Source of the DNA: an uncultured Planctomycetales bacterium
GTDB lineage: Bacteria; Planctomycetota; Planctomycetia; Pirellulales; S012-138
Reading direction: 5' to 3'
Length of the DNA stretch: 64,000 bases
NCBI GenBank assembly: GCA_937982665.1
Contig: CALJLD010000243.1
Span: 1,123-65,122, forward strand
A model generated the notes under the pieces. It did no database searches. It was given only the letters and a program-made list of their open reading frames with translations, and had not been told where the DNA came from. Made by a program: the position numbers and the translations under genes. Below are positions 19,892 through 30,850 of the stretch, piece after piece; the first letter of the stretch is position 1; every line of letters starts with the position of its first letter.

Positions 19892-20500
19892 CTAGTTTTC
19901 GGCGATTGTTGCCGTGTTCGGCTCCGCGGGCGCCGCGGTTTCGGCAAAATCAGCTTGTTGCGGCACAACAACGCTGAGCCGCAATTCCGTAATTAGGACT
20001 TCATCAACCGCTTTGATGCCCAACGTGTGGTTGATTTCGTCCACAAGCCGTCGTTTAAGCTCAACCAACTCCGGATCGGCGAATTCGCGATCGCGAGCCT
20101 GACGAATCAACTCTTCGATTCCCTGACGAATCCGCCGCTCGCGCAGCACGAGCAATTCTCGAGCCCGCGATTCGGCATTCTCAACCAAGTTGACGTGCAG
20201 TTCAAAGCTCGCCTTTTCCACGAGTGGGCGATCTTCAAGACTCCCATCCGGGGAATAGGCGACGTACTCAAACTCGCCCAGAGCGACTTCTTTGCTGCGA
20301 GGATCGGGAAGCGTTGAGTAGTACCAATACAAGGCACCGTGCACGACAAAGGACGCCAGAACTGCTCCCAGCATGACCTTCGGCGTGAGGACTTTGGTCA
20401 TGAATGCCTTGATCGGCTTGGCGATGCGCGCAAGGCGACCAGGTTTCTTATTCTCCTCAGCTCCGTCTTTGGGCTCCTCTTTCGCTTCGTTTTCAGCCAT
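19892..20500 (-). CDS. FliL-like flagellar basal-body-associated protein
   Basis: Charged N-terminus, one TM helix, then the FELHVNLVEN...IRQGIEELI...LKRRLVDEINHTLG..VDEVLITELRL pattern typical of FliL. Confidence 0.55.
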   Translation of the reverse strand: MAENEAKEEPKDGAEENKKPGRLARIAKPIKAFMTKVLTPKVMLGAVLASFVVHGALYWYYSTLPDPRSKEVALGEFEYVAYSPDGSLEDRPLVEKASFELHVNLVENAESRARELLVLRERRIRQGIEELIRQARDREFADPELVELKRRLVDEINHTLGIKAVDEVLITELRLSVVVPQQADFAETAAPAEPNTATIAEN

Positions 20501-20995
20501 CGAATACCCCCGGCGCGGGACAGAGATCTTTGCACCGAAACGTAGCATTCGATTTGAGGAAGCCGCGCGTGGTCCCGCTGGAATTGCCGAAGATGCCGAA
20601 TGCGCGCAAAAAAAGGGACCTCAAGCGCGCCAAATACACTTGGCAGGGGAATATGGCCAGGGGCAGTGAACCACAAACCCGAACAGCTCGCTTGAGGCCC
20701 CGCGGGCCAGTCAATTGCCATCCTCTTAACGCAGCTGGCGCGCCAAAACCGAACCTGTTGTTGCCGAAACTGTGGAATTGGTGTAACTAATGAAATGACA
20801 TCGCTTTATGACGGATGCTCTTGCGTCTCATTCTGAGAACAGTGCTTTTTCTCCCCCTGGAGACGTGTTCGGTTTTTCAGAAGTGTGCAATCTGACACAT
20901 ACGACTTCGCGATGCTTACGATTGTCTCAAAATGAGATGTGCCTCTCCGTGATACTCAAGCGTGAGGTTAGATAGCGGATCCCGCCCATGGCTCA

Positions 20996-21991
20996 ATGGT
21001 GAAAACACGACATAAGCAACACGTTCTCATTTCCATAAACCCTTTTGCAGGTGCCGCCTCGCGACGTGATGAGGCATTCGATCTGCGTGCAATCCTGTGT
21101 GCAGCTGGGTTGATAGCGGAAATCAACGAAGATCTCGGCCAAACGACAGAGAATGCGATTGAACTGCATTCGCAGGGGAAACTGCGGGCATTGGTGGGAA
21201 TCGGCGGCGACGGAACAATTGCGGAGTTGCTCAATCGAACGCCACTGGGCCTGCCCTTGGCGATGTTTCCGCGGGGAACGGAGAACTTATTGGGGAAGTT
21301 CGTCGGGCTGAACCAAGCGTCCGTCGAGAAGATGGCAACGACTATCATCAATGGCCGCAGTGTCGCTTTGGACGCTGGACGCGTTACGGCCCTGACTGAG
21401 TCACCCCAAAATGCCCAACACTCTGCGCCGGCAGAGCAGACACGCAGCCGATTGTTCGCCCTGATGGCCGGATTTGGATTTGACGCTGACGTTGTTGCCA
21501 GAGTTCAAGCGGCACGGAGCGGGCATATTCGGCATTTGAGCTACATCAAACCGATCTTGGCGTCGCTACGTAATTACAAGTATCCCAAGTTATCGATCTC
21601 CGCTCTGGAATCTCAAGACAAGGCGGCAAAACGGATCGACGCCCGATGGCTGTTTGTGTTCAATTGTCCGGCATACGCAGGCGGGCTGCCGATTTCACCG
21701 CATGCAAAATGTAGTGATGGGCGTTTAGATTACTGCACGTTTAGCCGCGGTTCCACATTGATGGCAATCAAGTATCTTACAATGGTGCTCGCACACGTTC
21801 ATGCAAAGCATCGCGAGGTGGAAACTGGTTTGGCCGTTCGCATGAGGGTGGAGTCAGAAGAAGCCGTACCGATTCAAATCGATGGCGATCCTTTCGGCTA
21901 TACGCCTGCTGAGATTGAATGTCTTCCCGGGCGAATGACACTCATTGTTCCGCGAGACCTCTGTTCGCGGATGAGTCAAACCGCCCCGTGA
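20996..21991 (+). CDS. diacylglycerol/lipid kinase family protein (YegS-like)
   Basis: GIGGDGTIAE motif and the overall DAGK catalytic-domain layout. Confidence 0.8.
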   Translation: MVKTRHKQHVLISINPFAGAASRRDEAFDLRAILCAAGLIAEINEDLGQTTENAIELHSQGKLRALVGIGGDGTIAELLNRTPLGLPLAMFPRGTENLLGKFVGLNQASVEKMATTIINGRSVALDAGRVTALTESPQNAQHSAPAEQTRSRLFALMAGFGFDADVVARVQAARSGHIRHLSYIKPILASLRNYKYPKLSISALESQDKAAKRIDARWLFVFNCPAYAGGLPISPHAKCSDGRLDYCTFSRGSTLMAIKYLTMVLAHVHAKHREVETGLAVRMRVESEEAVPIQIDGDPFGYTPAEIECLPGRMTLIVPRDLCSRMSQTAP

Positions 21992-22044
21992 ATTACTGCA
22001 TGACGATTTGCGGCCGCTTTTGAAATCGCCTTGTGGCAAGAAAT

Positions 22045-22926
22045 ATGGCGACAACGACACAAACATCGGAAGGTCAGGGCGCTGCGAGCCAACAGCGGTT
22101 GGCCACCATTGGCGATCTCGAATGTGGCGCAGGCAAGAAACTGCTCGTGATTGCCGGGCCGTGTGTGATTGAGTCCCGCGATTTGACGATGCGGATTGCC
22201 AGCCGCTTGCGCGAGATCTTTGCCGCTGAGGAGTTGCCGTTTGTTTTCAAGGCTTCGTTCGATAAGGCCAATCGGACAAGCGTGAGTTCGTTCCGTGGAT
22301 TGGGGATGCAAGACGGCCTGGCCGTGCTTGCGGCGGTTAAGTCGGAGTTGGGGATTCCGGTCACGACTGATATCCATTTGCCGGACCAGGCTGCGCCAGT
22401 TGCCGAAGTTTGTGATGTGCTGCAAGTGCCGGCCTTTCTTGCCCGGCAAACGGACTTGCTGCTTGCCGCCGCGGAAACGGGAAAGCCGGTGAACGTGAAG
22501 AAGCCGCAGTTTTCTGCTCCTAGGGATATGCGGAATGTGGTCGACAAGCTGTCCGCAGGCGGTTGCCAGAATATTCTGCTCTGCGAGCGCGGCACAACTT
22601 TTGGCTATGGACGCCTGATAAATGACATGCGGGCCATCCCCCAGATGCAAGAATTGGGGGTGCCGGTGGTGTTTGACGCCACGCACAGTGTGCAAGAGCC
22701 TGGCGGTTTAGGGACCTCAACCGGTGGAAATCGAGCCATGGTGGAACCACTAGCCCGGGCGGCGGTGGCAGCCGGCGCTGACGCATTGTTTTTTGAAACT
22801 CATCCTCAGCCGGACGAGTCGCCCAGCGACGGCCCAAACATGGTGCCGCTTGACGAGTTTGCCGCATTGATCCGCAGAATCCAAATCATTCGCAAGGCCG
22901 TGGAGAGTTTGCATGTCGACAGTTGA
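22045..22926 (+). CDS. kdsA: 3-deoxy-8-phosphooctulonate (KDO-8-P) synthase
   Basis: Blocks [24 protein letters not shown] and [12 protein letters not shown]. Confidence 0.93.
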   Translation: MATTTQTSEGQGAASQQRLATIGDLECGAGKKLLVIAGPCVIESRDLTMRIASRLREIFAAEELPFVFKASFDKANRTSVSSFRGLGMQDGLAVLAAVKSELGIPVTTDIHLPDQAAPVAEVCDVLQVPAFLARQTDLLLAAAETGKPVNVKKPQFSAPRDMRNVVDKLSAGGCQNILLCERGTTFGYGRLINDMRAIPQMQELGVPVVFDATHSVQEPGGLGTSTGGNRAMVEPLARAAVAAGADALFFETHPQPDESPSDGPNMVPLDEFAALIRRIQIIRKAVESLHVDS

Positions 22927-24949
22927 GCATCGGTCCATCTCCGATACTTTCAAGGCCTACTACATGCGGCATCCGTGGCTTTATTCCGCGTTGGCCGTAG
23001 CCGTGGTTGGGCTTGTGCTTTGGGCAAGCAGTCTCGATTCGTCTCGACCGAAACCTCCGCGAACCATCGATCACGAAGACGGGCGGATCTTTACGTTTGT
23101 GAGAACAACGCTTGATGAAGCTGAGGAATCACGGGTTGATCATGTCGCCGCCTCGTTGGTGGAACGCTTGAACCAATGGATGGTGAAGCTGAACGACCGC
23201 ACTGCGTGGCGGACAGACCCATTCATGAACGCTTTTATTGAGAACAACCTGCCGCAACCTCAACAGCGAGTTCCCGCCGGCCTCGTTGACTTCGAGAAAC
23301 TCGAGTTTGATCCCTCTGACGGCTACTTTGTGCAGGAATGCATGTGGTTAAGTCAGGTTGTCGAAACAATCAGAGAGCAAGAGCCAGCGGACCTGCCCGA
23401 AGATGTCGATCCGCGTTTGGCCCAGATTAACCAGTTGTTTGATTGGACAGTTCGGAATATCGCGCTGGAGGCAGAAGAAGATTCCGTTCCACATTTCGCC
23501 TGGCAAGTGATTCTGCATGGCACCGGGCGAGTGATTGATCGAGCCTGGGTGTTTTCCTTGCTGTGCCGTCAGGCAGGTTATGACGTGGTCATGCTTGGGC
23601 GTGTGAGCGCAAATCCTGCCGCCAACGCGCAAGGTCCAGCAACGCAACTGATGACACCATGGATTCCAGCAGTTGTGCTGGATGGCAAGTTGTATTTGTT
23701 TGAGCACGAGTACGGCGTTCCGCTTTCCAATGCTGATGGATCTTTCGCCACACTGTCAGATGTGGTTGCGGATGAAAGCCCGCTCCGCGCGCTGGACATT
23801 CCGGGTCGCCCGTATCCGATGGGTTCGGGCGATTTGAATTCGCTGGTGGCGATGATTGAAGCTTCGCCGAATTTTCTGACGCGGCGGATGTTCATTCTGG
23901 AGAACCACCTCTCAGGTAAGTTGAACTTTGGGCAGAGTGCCCAAACCGGCAGCCTGTCCGAGTCGGCCAACGTTATTGGATCGGACCCCATACGCTTGTC
24001 CTGCAAACCTGGCATTTCTGCGGAGCAACTGAGTACGCATCTGCATGTGAACTCCGTTGCTCCGTGGGGGTTGCCGTATGAGCGGCGATTTGAGCAGATG
24101 CGGGATTTCCGCATTCTCCCGGATGATGCGAGCGACGAACAACGCAGAAAGCGGAAGATCATTACGCGGGTGAGCACCGAGATGCTGCCGTTTTATCTTC
24201 GCGGCGAGCACACTTTCCAATCGGACGAAGACATGATCAACGTCATCATGCAGGAAGTGCTCAACCCGGACCCGGCGCTGGCGAACGAAACCGAACAAGA
24301 ACGACAAACCCGGATGGCTGCTCTCCGCACCAAGACAGAGGAGTTTTGGAATGTCTTGCTGCGAGGGCGCTTGCGATATCTGGAAGGCATTCACGGCGGT
24401 GATCGCTCGGCTAGCTGGTATTACCAGAAAGCTCGTCCTTCAGCGTCCGAAATGGCCAAGATCGAGCAAGACGCTAAAGCGCGGACGCAACAACTTGTGC
24501 AAATCATCCAGAATTCCGCCGAGTCGGATCAGAATCGCGCGGCAGCCGCTCAGGAGCGAGGCTATCTGGAGCAGTTGATTCCCAACAAACGAATCTCGTG
24601 CGAGTTGGCAACCTACTGGCTGGGATTGTTGCACTTCCAAAAGCAAAGCTACCAGGAAGCTGTTGTCTATTTCGGCGAGCGGTTTTGCGACAATCCGGAT
24701 TACGCTGATTCCCGTTTCTTGGCGATGGCCAGATACAACCTGGGGCGATCTCTGGAAGAACTTTCCAACGAGAAAGCTCGCCAGGCACATTCCGCGGAAG
24801 CGGACGATCCCATCCACGGCGAAGTCGAGGCACTGCGCGAGCAGGCTCTCGGATTCTATGAAGGCGAAACGGATCCGCTTTACGTTCCTCAGGCACGAGC
24901 TCGGGCGACGTTATTCCGCCGTCAACTGCAGGCTGTTGAAAGCGACTGA
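22913..24949 (+). CDS. membrane-anchored protein with a degenerate transglutaminase-like core and a C-terminal TPR-like region
   Basis: GGAGAG lies 5 nt upstream of the ATG, inside the kdsA 3' end (14-nt overlap). [12 protein letters not shown]...[27 protein letters not shown] resembles the transglutaminase-like core but has Val where the catalytic Cys is expected. Confidence 0.6.
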   Translation: MSTVEHRSISDTFKAYYMRHPWLYSALAVAVVGLVLWASSLDSSRPKPPRTIDHEDGRIFTFVRTTLDEAEESRVDHVAASLVERLNQWMVKLNDRTAWRTDPFMNAFIENNLPQPQQRVPAGLVDFEKLEFDPSDGYFVQECMWLSQVVETIREQEPADLPEDVDPRLAQINQLFDWTVRNIALEAEEDSVPHFAWQVILHGTGRVIDRAWVFSLLCRQAGYDVVMLGRVSANPAANAQGPATQLMTPWIPAVVLDGKLYLFEHEYGVPLSNADGSFATLSDVVADESPLRALDIPGRPYPMGSGDLNSLVAMIEASPNFLTRRMFILENHLSGKLNFGQSAQTGSLSESANVIGSDPIRLSCKPGISAEQLSTHLHVNSVAPWGLPYERRFEQMRDFRILPDDASDEQRRKRKIITRVSTEMLPFYLRGEHTFQSDEDMINVIMQEVLNPDPALANETEQERQTRMAALRTKTEEFWNVLLRGRLRYLEGIHGGDRSASWYYQKARPSASEMAKIEQDAKARTQQLVQIIQNSAESDQNRAAAAQERGYLEQLIPNKRISCELATYWLGLLHFQKQSYQEAVVYFGERFCDNPDYADSRFLAMARYNLGRSLEELSNEKARQAHSAEADDPIHGEVEALREQALGFYEGETDPLYVPQARARATLFRRQLQAVESD

Positions 24950-25081
24950 AGCCAGCTTTTCCTGCGGCGAAAATTCCACGGATTCCACCCGGTTCGTCCG
25001 TGGTCGTCGCAAATCGCGCCGCGCGGGCTGGCCACACCCATTGAGCCAGGCCCGGGACACTCTAGAATATCTTTCGTCCGC

Positions 25082-25105
25082 CGCGCAACGCCGCATTATT
25101 GCGCG
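25082..25105. promoter_or_regulatory. 7-bp perfect inverted repeat CGCGCAA-N10-TTGCGCG upstream of hppD
   Basis: Seen directly, 47-70 nt upstream of the hppD ATG. Candidate operator. Confidence 0.35.
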
Positions 25106-25151
25106 ACGAGGACCCACGTGCTTGCACTTCTAGGGGATCAGGAGAAATACG

Positions 25152-26237
25152 ATGTCGGATCCGCTGCCGCTGAAAGAAATCCACCACGTCGAAATCCTCG
25201 TCGGGAACGCCAAGCAGGCGGCGTACTTCTATAGAAAAGCATTTGGATTCTCGCAGGTGGCGTATGCCGGACCGGAAACCGGCGTGCGAGATCAGGCTTC
25301 GTACATCATGAAGCAGGGACGCATTATGCTCGCCCTGACCACGCCGATGTTCCCCACTGATCCCATGGCGGAACACCTGCAAAAGCATGGTGACGGTGTT
25401 TTGGATATCGCTTTCCTGGTAGATGACGTGGATGGCTGCTACCAAACGGCGGTCGAACGCGGCGCCGAGTCCGCGAAAGAGCCGTACGACATGACAGACG
25501 AGAACGGCCGCGTCCGCCGTGCGAAGATTCGCGCCTATGGCGACACGCTGCATTCGTTTGTTTCACTGGCGGACTACAACGGACCGTTCTTGCCCGGCTA
25601 CCATGAGCGCCGCATCCCGGCAGCCGGAGTTGGCTTGAACAACATTGACCACATTGTTGGCAATGTTGAAGACGGCAAGATGAACGATTGGGGAACCTAC
25701 TACAACAAAGTGTTGGGCTTCCACCAGTTCATGAGCTTTGATGACAAGGACATCAATACGGAGTTTTCCGCGCTGCGCAGCAAGGTCATGGCCGATCCCA
25801 GCGGCAAGATCAAGTTCCCAATCAATGAACCGGCCGAAGGGAAACGCAAAAGCCAGATCGCCGAGTACATTGATTACAACGTCGGCGCTGGCGTGCAACA
25901 CATCGCGCTGACAACCAATGACATCATCCACACCGTCTCCGTGTTAAAGGATAACGGTGTCGATTTCCTTCGCGTACCGGACTCCTACTACAACATCGTG
26001 TGGGATCGCGTCGGTGAGATTCGCGAGGATCACAAGCAGCTTCAAGAGTTGGGCATTCTGATCGATCGCGATGACAAAGGCTACCTGTTGCAGCTCTTCA
26101 CCAAGCCGGTCGAAGATCGGCCGACGCTGTTTTACGAGATCATCCAACGCCGCGGTTCCGATTCGTTCGGCAAAGGTAACTTCAAAAGCCTGTTTGAAGC
26201 GATCGAGCGCGAGCAAGCGGCGCGCGGAAACTTGTAA
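25152..26237 (+). CDS. hppD: 4-hydroxyphenylpyruvate dioxygenase
   Basis: AGGAGA SD. Blocks GVQHIALTT and [30 protein letters not shown], characteristic of HPPD. Confidence 0.93.
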   Translation: MSDPLPLKEIHHVEILVGNAKQAAYFYRKAFGFSQVAYAGPETGVRDQASYIMKQGRIMLALTTPMFPTDPMAEHLQKHGDGVLDIAFLVDDVDGCYQTAVERGAESAKEPYDMTDENGRVRRAKIRAYGDTLHSFVSLADYNGPFLPGYHERRIPAAGVGLNNIDHIVGNVEDGKMNDWGTYYNKVLGFHQFMSFDDKDINTEFSALRSKVMADPSGKIKFPINEPAEGKRKSQIAEYIDYNVGAGVQHIALTTNDIIHTVSVLKDNGVDFLRVPDSYYNIVWDRVGEIREDHKQLQELGILIDRDDKGYLLQLFTKPVEDRPTLFYEIIQRRGSDSFGKGNFKSLFEAIEREQAARGNL

Positions 26238-26321
26238 GCGTCCTTTGCTGTCGCACTAGCGAGCATTGGCAGCCGTTGCATGCGGATGCCGCCGGTAAGA
26301 TCATCTCCATGCGTTGCTGCC

Positions 26322-27653
26322 ATGTCGCAGTCACAGGAAACCTGGCTGGTTGTGGGAGCCGGGTTGGCCGGCGCGCTGGTTTCTATTTATCTGGCCCGCA
26401 GCGGTCGCAAAGTCCTGATCTACGAGAAACGGCCCGATCCTCGGGGCGGTGTGATCGATTCTGGCCGCTCCATAAATCTCGCTTTGTCCACGCGCGGTTT
26501 GGCTGCTCTGGAGGGTGTTGGCCTGGCGGATGAGGTCCTTCGCGATGCCGTGCCCATGCGCGGTCGGATGATTCATGACGAAGAAGGCGATACATCGTTC
26601 CAACCCTACGGAAAGGACGAAAGCCAGGTCATCAATTCGGTCTCGCGTGGTGGCCTGAATCTCAAGTTGATTGACGCCCTGACGGAAGAACCGAATGTTG
26701 AGTTGTTCTTTGATCAGCTGTGCGTTGACGTCGATCTTGATGCGCCTGCGGCGGAATTTGAAAACGCACAAACGCACGAGCGGACCACAGTGAAGGCAGA
26801 CGTCGTGCTGGGGGCGGATGGGGCTTTCAGTGCCGTTCGCACAAAGATGAAGTACTTGGACCGCTTCAACTACCACCAGGAGTATCTGGACCACGGTTAC
26901 AAAGAACTCAACATTCCCCCCACGGCCGGTGGTGGCTTTGCAATGGAACGCAATGCACTGCACATTTGGCCGCGGCGCAGCTTCATGATGATTGCGCTTC
27001 CCAACTTGGACGGCTCATACACATGCACATGTTTCTGGCCATTTGAAGGGAACCGCGGTTTTGACCAACTGACGACACCGGAAAAGGTCCGGGCATACTT
27101 TGAAAAGCACTTCCCAGACGGTGCGGCATTGATGCCGGAGTTGGAAGAGGACTACTTCGAGAATCCCACTTCATCGCTGGTCACCATTCGCTGCGGACCG
27201 TGGTACATCGAGGACAAAGTCCTGATCATGGGCGATGCTAGCCATGCCGTTGTGCCGTTCTATGGGCAGGGGATGAACGCCGCGTTTGAGGATTGCCTGG
27301 AATTGGACGAATGCCTGCGGCTGCACCCAAATGACCGTCACTCTGCGTTCGCGGAATTCTATCGTCGAAGGAAACGGCATGCGGACGCGTTGGCTCAACT
27401 GGCCATTGATAACTTCATTGAAATGCGCGACCACGTCGGCTCGCCGGCATTCGTTTGGAAGAAACGGCTGGAAATCGCGCTGCAAAAACTACTGCCGTGG
27501 TACCGCTCGCTCTACTCAATGGTTTCGTTCTCGAGAATTGGCTATGCGGATGCTGTTGCTATCCACAAGCGGCAAAAGCGCACGATCAAGCGGGCGATGT
27601 GGTGCGCGGCAGTCGTGGCTTTGGGTGTGATTGCCTGGTCATTGTTGCGCTAG
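26322..27653 (+). CDS. kmo: kynurenine 3-monooxygenase (FAD-dependent), with hydrophobic C-terminal tail
   Basis: VVGAGLAGALVSIYLA (GxGxxG), GRSINLALSTRGLAALE and MRGRMIH blocks typical of KMO. C-terminus AMWCAAVVALGVIAWSLL. An alternative start exists at 26280. Confidence 0.85.
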   Translation: MSQSQETWLVVGAGLAGALVSIYLARSGRKVLIYEKRPDPRGGVIDSGRSINLALSTRGLAALEGVGLADEVLRDAVPMRGRMIHDEEGDTSFQPYGKDESQVINSVSRGGLNLKLIDALTEEPNVELFFDQLCVDVDLDAPAAEFENAQTHERTTVKADVVLGADGAFSAVRTKMKYLDRFNYHQEYLDHGYKELNIPPTAGGGFAMERNALHIWPRRSFMMIALPNLDGSYTCTCFWPFEGNRGFDQLTTPEKVRAYFEKHFPDGAALMPELEEDYFENPTSSLVTIRCGPWYIEDKVLIMGDASHAVVPFYGQGMNAAFEDCLELDECLRLHPNDRHSAFAEFYRRRKRHADALAQLAIDNFIEMRDHVGSPAFVWKKRLEIALQKLLPWYRSLYSMVSFSRIGYADAVAIHKRQKRTIKRAMWCAAVVALGVIAWSLLR

Positions 27654-27696
27654 GTTGGGCCCAAGATCAAATCAGCGCCGCCAACCCGCGCGCATC

Positions 27697-28254
27697 TTAT
27701 TCCCAGATAATGCTTACAGCAACAATCAGCACCCAGCCAAGTCCGATGATTACCGCTGAGTGCACTGTAACTCGCCAGCCAAATGTCAACTCGCCTGAGC
27801 GTTCCTTGGAGATGTAGGTTCTTCGATGTGCTGGTGTGATCGCTGCACTCACGGTTGCCGCAATTCCGGCAAGAACAACAACCAGCCCACCGGCGATCGC
27901 TCCCTGCATGGCAAAAATGCCAGCCAAATCGCCGCTGGACAACGAGATTGAATCTGCATCCGCTGCGGCTGAGTGCATCGCTCCGGCAATGAGCGCGCTA
28001 CAGAACGCCGCGAGCGTCCCACCGCCAACTGCCGCGCTCAAAGCCAAGAAGAATTGCTCAAAGCTATGCGCTCTTCGTGTGAACTTTGATGTGATTCCAA
28101 CGGCACCTACCACGCCGAGTCCCCAGCCGGGATAGATCAACGACTCCCAGCCAACAAACTTTACGCTGCCAAATAAGAGTGCAATCAGGGTGACCAGGCC
28201 GATCAACTTCGCCAGGCTGAATTGACGGTTTGCAGGGTCGAGGTCGGCCGTCAT
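27697..28254 (-). CDS. polytopic membrane protein, unknown function
   Basis: Gly/Ala-rich TM helices. N-terminus MTADLDPANRQFSLAKLIGLV. The ORF extends to 28374, so the start is uncertain. Confidence 0.55.
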   Translation of the reverse strand: MTADLDPANRQFSLAKLIGLVTLIALLFGSVKFVGWESLIYPGWGLGVVGAVGITSKFTRRAHSFEQFFLALSAAVGGGTLAAFCSALIAGAMHSAAADADSISLSSGDLAGIFAMQGAIAGGLVVVLAGIAATVSAAITPAHRRTYISKERSGELTFGWRVTVHSAVIIGLGWVLIVAVSIIWE

Positions 28255-28703
28255 GATGCATAAGCCAGAGAGTGATGGCGCGTCGTTTAAACGGCTGGTG
28301 GGAGAAGATTGTATTGGCGAATGTTCTCCGTTCATAACCGCGCGCATCTTACGCCCAGTTGAGGCTCGCAGCAATTTCAGCAGCCACGTCCGATGATTGC
28401 TGTTGGGAGAGAAAACTGCAACTCTCCTGGCGAATCTGAATTCTTAGCAATCCGTTTGTGCATTTGCGCGCAGAAAAAAATAACAACGGTCAACGCCAAA
28501 AATCACTCGTCCGCGACGGCTCAACCCCCGGGGGCGCGCAGACCTATCGTCCGACGAATGGAAGCTCCCCCCTTATCAACCCGCTCGATGGTCCCCTGGA
28601 ATACGAGAAACCGCTCCGTGGGCTGACGCGATATGTAACCTCCGACACCGCAAGATCCAAATTTTTCAAAACGCGCCTTGCCCAGTGCGCAGCTTTTGTT
28701 GGA

Positions 28704-28729
28704 AATTGCCAGCACGATCTTTGGCAATT
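28704..28729. promoter_or_regulatory. 8-bp perfect inverted repeat AATTGCCA-N10-TGGCAATT
   Basis: Seen directly, within a long gap that has no convincing CDS. Confidence 0.3.
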
Positions 28730-28958
28730 GAATCAAACGCTCAAACGCGACGGTGCGTGTTGGGCGACGGTTTCGATGGAACCTCGCGCCTTCTGTTCGG
28801 TGCGCCGCTTTCAAGCGACGTCTGCCAGAGCCGTGCCTGGCCTTGGATTTCGGATGCCTCGTGCTACGCCAGCTTGCCACGCAAACTGGCGTACCCAGGC
28901 ATAAGGCTGAGCTAACACCTCGGCGATTTGTTGTGCGGAGTTGCAATTGCCCAGTTTC

Positions 28959-30104
28959 TCATTGTTCGCTTTCAATTTCCGCCGGCTCAACCGCTCGTTG
29001 CTCTTCCGTCGAACGGTAGCAGGCGTCAACCAAGGCCATGGTTTTGAGATTATCGCGCCCGCTGATAGTTGGCGCGCGACCTTCCTCCAAAGCACAAAGG
29101 AGTTCAGCCATTGGTCCGGCAAACGCGTCGGGAAACCATACGGAATCCCAGCGCGGCGAAATCCACTGTTCGCCAGCAGCGATTGTTGTGAAGTCCAACG
29201 TGCTCGGCTGACGTTGCGGATACTTTGGCCAGCCGATTGTGCCGCGGGCCATTCCTTGTGTTCCTTCAACACGCCAACTTATTCCCAAGTCGGCAGCTGC
29301 TCCTTCGCGCGCGGGTCCGCTCCAAACATCGTCCCAGGCGGAAGCTCGCACGCCGTTTTCATACTCAAGAATGTAAAGGACAACTCCGTCTTTGTGCTGA
29401 AAGCGCTGCGAAGTTCGCGGGTCAGGGCTGACGCTGGCATAGACTCGCTTAGGATCTCCCAGCCAATACCGGAAAGTATCCAAGTGATGAATACTCATGA
29501 TACGCAACGTCACCCAACCTTGCCGTTCTTGCCAGGGCATCCAATGCGGTATCGCCCTCATATCGATCGTTGCCAGTACCGGCTGGCCCAACTCGCCACG
29601 TTGCAGGAGCGTGCGGCAAGCGCGAACCGATTGATCAAAACGCATGTTCTGATTCACGGCCAGTGGAATGCCCGCCTGTTCGCAAAGCTCAACGATTTGT
29701 TTCGCCTGGGCAAAGTCAACGCCCAAGGGTTTTTGTGCCAGGATCCCGCGCCAGGGAGTTGCTCGGGCGACGGCAGCCCGGATCACATCCAGTTGGATAT
29801 CCGGAGGCACGGCGATGTCCAAAATCTCCAAATCGGAATCAGCAACCAACTCTTGATAGTCCGCATAGACACGATCAATCCCATGGCTGCGGGCGACTTC
29901 TTCTGCTTTTCGGCGAGTTCGCGAACATATGGCCGTGGCACGGATGCCGGCGGCTGCGTAGGCAGGCAGGTGGCATTCGTCCATAATGAAGCCAGCGCCG
30001 ATGCAACCAATCCTCCAATCGCGTCGCTGCGGGAGCGGGGGATTGATCGCGAGTTGGTTCGCGAGTTCACCAGGCGCAAGGGCACCCCAGGGTATGCTAT
30101 TCAT
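28959..30104 (-). CDS. Gfo/Idh/MocA family oxidoreductase
   Basis: [19 protein letters not shown] Rossmann N-terminus and the typical family layout. The 393-aa ORF on the opposite strand was rejected. Confidence 0.85.
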   Translation of the reverse strand: MNSIPWGALAPGELANQLAINPPLPQRRDWRIGCIGAGFIMDECHLPAYAAAGIRATAICSRTRRKAEEVARSHGIDRVYADYQELVADSDLEILDIAVPPDIQLDVIRAAVARATPWRGILAQKPLGVDFAQAKQIVELCEQAGIPLAVNQNMRFDQSVRACRTLLQRGELGQPVLATIDMRAIPHWMPWQERQGWVTLRIMSIHHLDTFRYWLGDPKRVYASVSPDPRTSQRFQHKDGVVLYILEYENGVRASAWDDVWSGPAREGAAADLGISWRVEGTQGMARGTIGWPKYPQRQPSTLDFTTIAAGEQWISPRWDSVWFPDAFAGPMAELLCALEEGRAPTISGRDNLKTMALVDACYRSTEEQRAVEPAEIESEQ

Positions 30105-30245
30105 GGCAAGCGATGCGGTTGACGAATTGTGCAGCTAAGATGGAATGTCGTTTGCCAGGCGAAACGAGTTAACGAGCGACGGTAGGTTAAGCGCGACAGA
30201 GCGGGCGCTACCAAATTCGAAAAGACATCCGGCGGATTTCTCATT

Positions 30246-30821
30246 GTGAACTTCAAGGCATTGATTTTGAAACGCCCCTGGCTGCAGTTGAATGAGTTCC
30301 AGTTAACAATCGCCTACTATTTGTTGGCGGTCGCGTTTGGCGGCATGTTGGTGCTGCTGCAAACTGCCTGGCAAAAAACAGAGTCAATGTTTGTATTCGC
30401 CACGTTGCAGTACCCCGCCGAGTACATGCATTCCAGCGGCTTGATCTACATCCTGGCTCTGATAGCCGTGGCGATCTTTCGTGGACGCGGATTTCAAGCA
30501 CAGCGTCGTCTGCGCTACCCATTCGTTTTGTCTTTGATTGTCAACTTCTTTGTCCTGGGTGCAATGCTGTGGGTCTTCCTGCGCGGCGGCATGGCGCGTA
30601 TTTTCGTCATGCAGGATTTTCACCTCGTCGCCGTGATCTTTACGGCTTGCCTGGCTTTGATGATGTTTGACGTGCTTGCTGTCCGCGCGCGAACACCAAC
30701 TCCTGAAAAGATGAACCTGATATTGTCCATCGCTATAGCGTCACTGCACGTAACTACATCCGTCATGGTTGTCGTGGCGCTGATCAATCTAGAATTGAAA
30801 CAGCTGAATGTCGGCGTGTAA
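30246..30821 (+). CDS. polytopic membrane protein, unknown function
   Basis: GTG start. Five to six hydrophobic helices. No motif recognised. Confidence 0.55.
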   Translation: MNFKALILKRPWLQLNEFQLTIAYYLLAVAFGGMLVLLQTAWQKTESMFVFATLQYPAEYMHSSGLIYILALIAVAIFRGRGFQAQRRLRYPFVLSLIVNFFVLGAMLWVFLRGGMARIFVMQDFHLVAVIFTACLALMMFDVLAVRARTPTPEKMNLILSIAIASLHVTTSVMVVVALINLELKQLNVGV

Positions 30822-30850
30822 CGATTGCACTTCATTTCAGGGAGAGACAA

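Noticed and set aside
20641-20657. Sigma54-like TGGCAG-N5 element near the FliL-like gene
   Set aside because: The -12 element is TATGG rather than TTGC(A/T), and it points away from the minus-strand gene. Probably chance.
28941-30122. 393-aa plus-strand ORF
   Set aside because: Antisense to the Gfo/Idh/MocA oxidoreductase, whose Rossmann N-terminus is on the minus frame. The plus translation has no recognisable domain.
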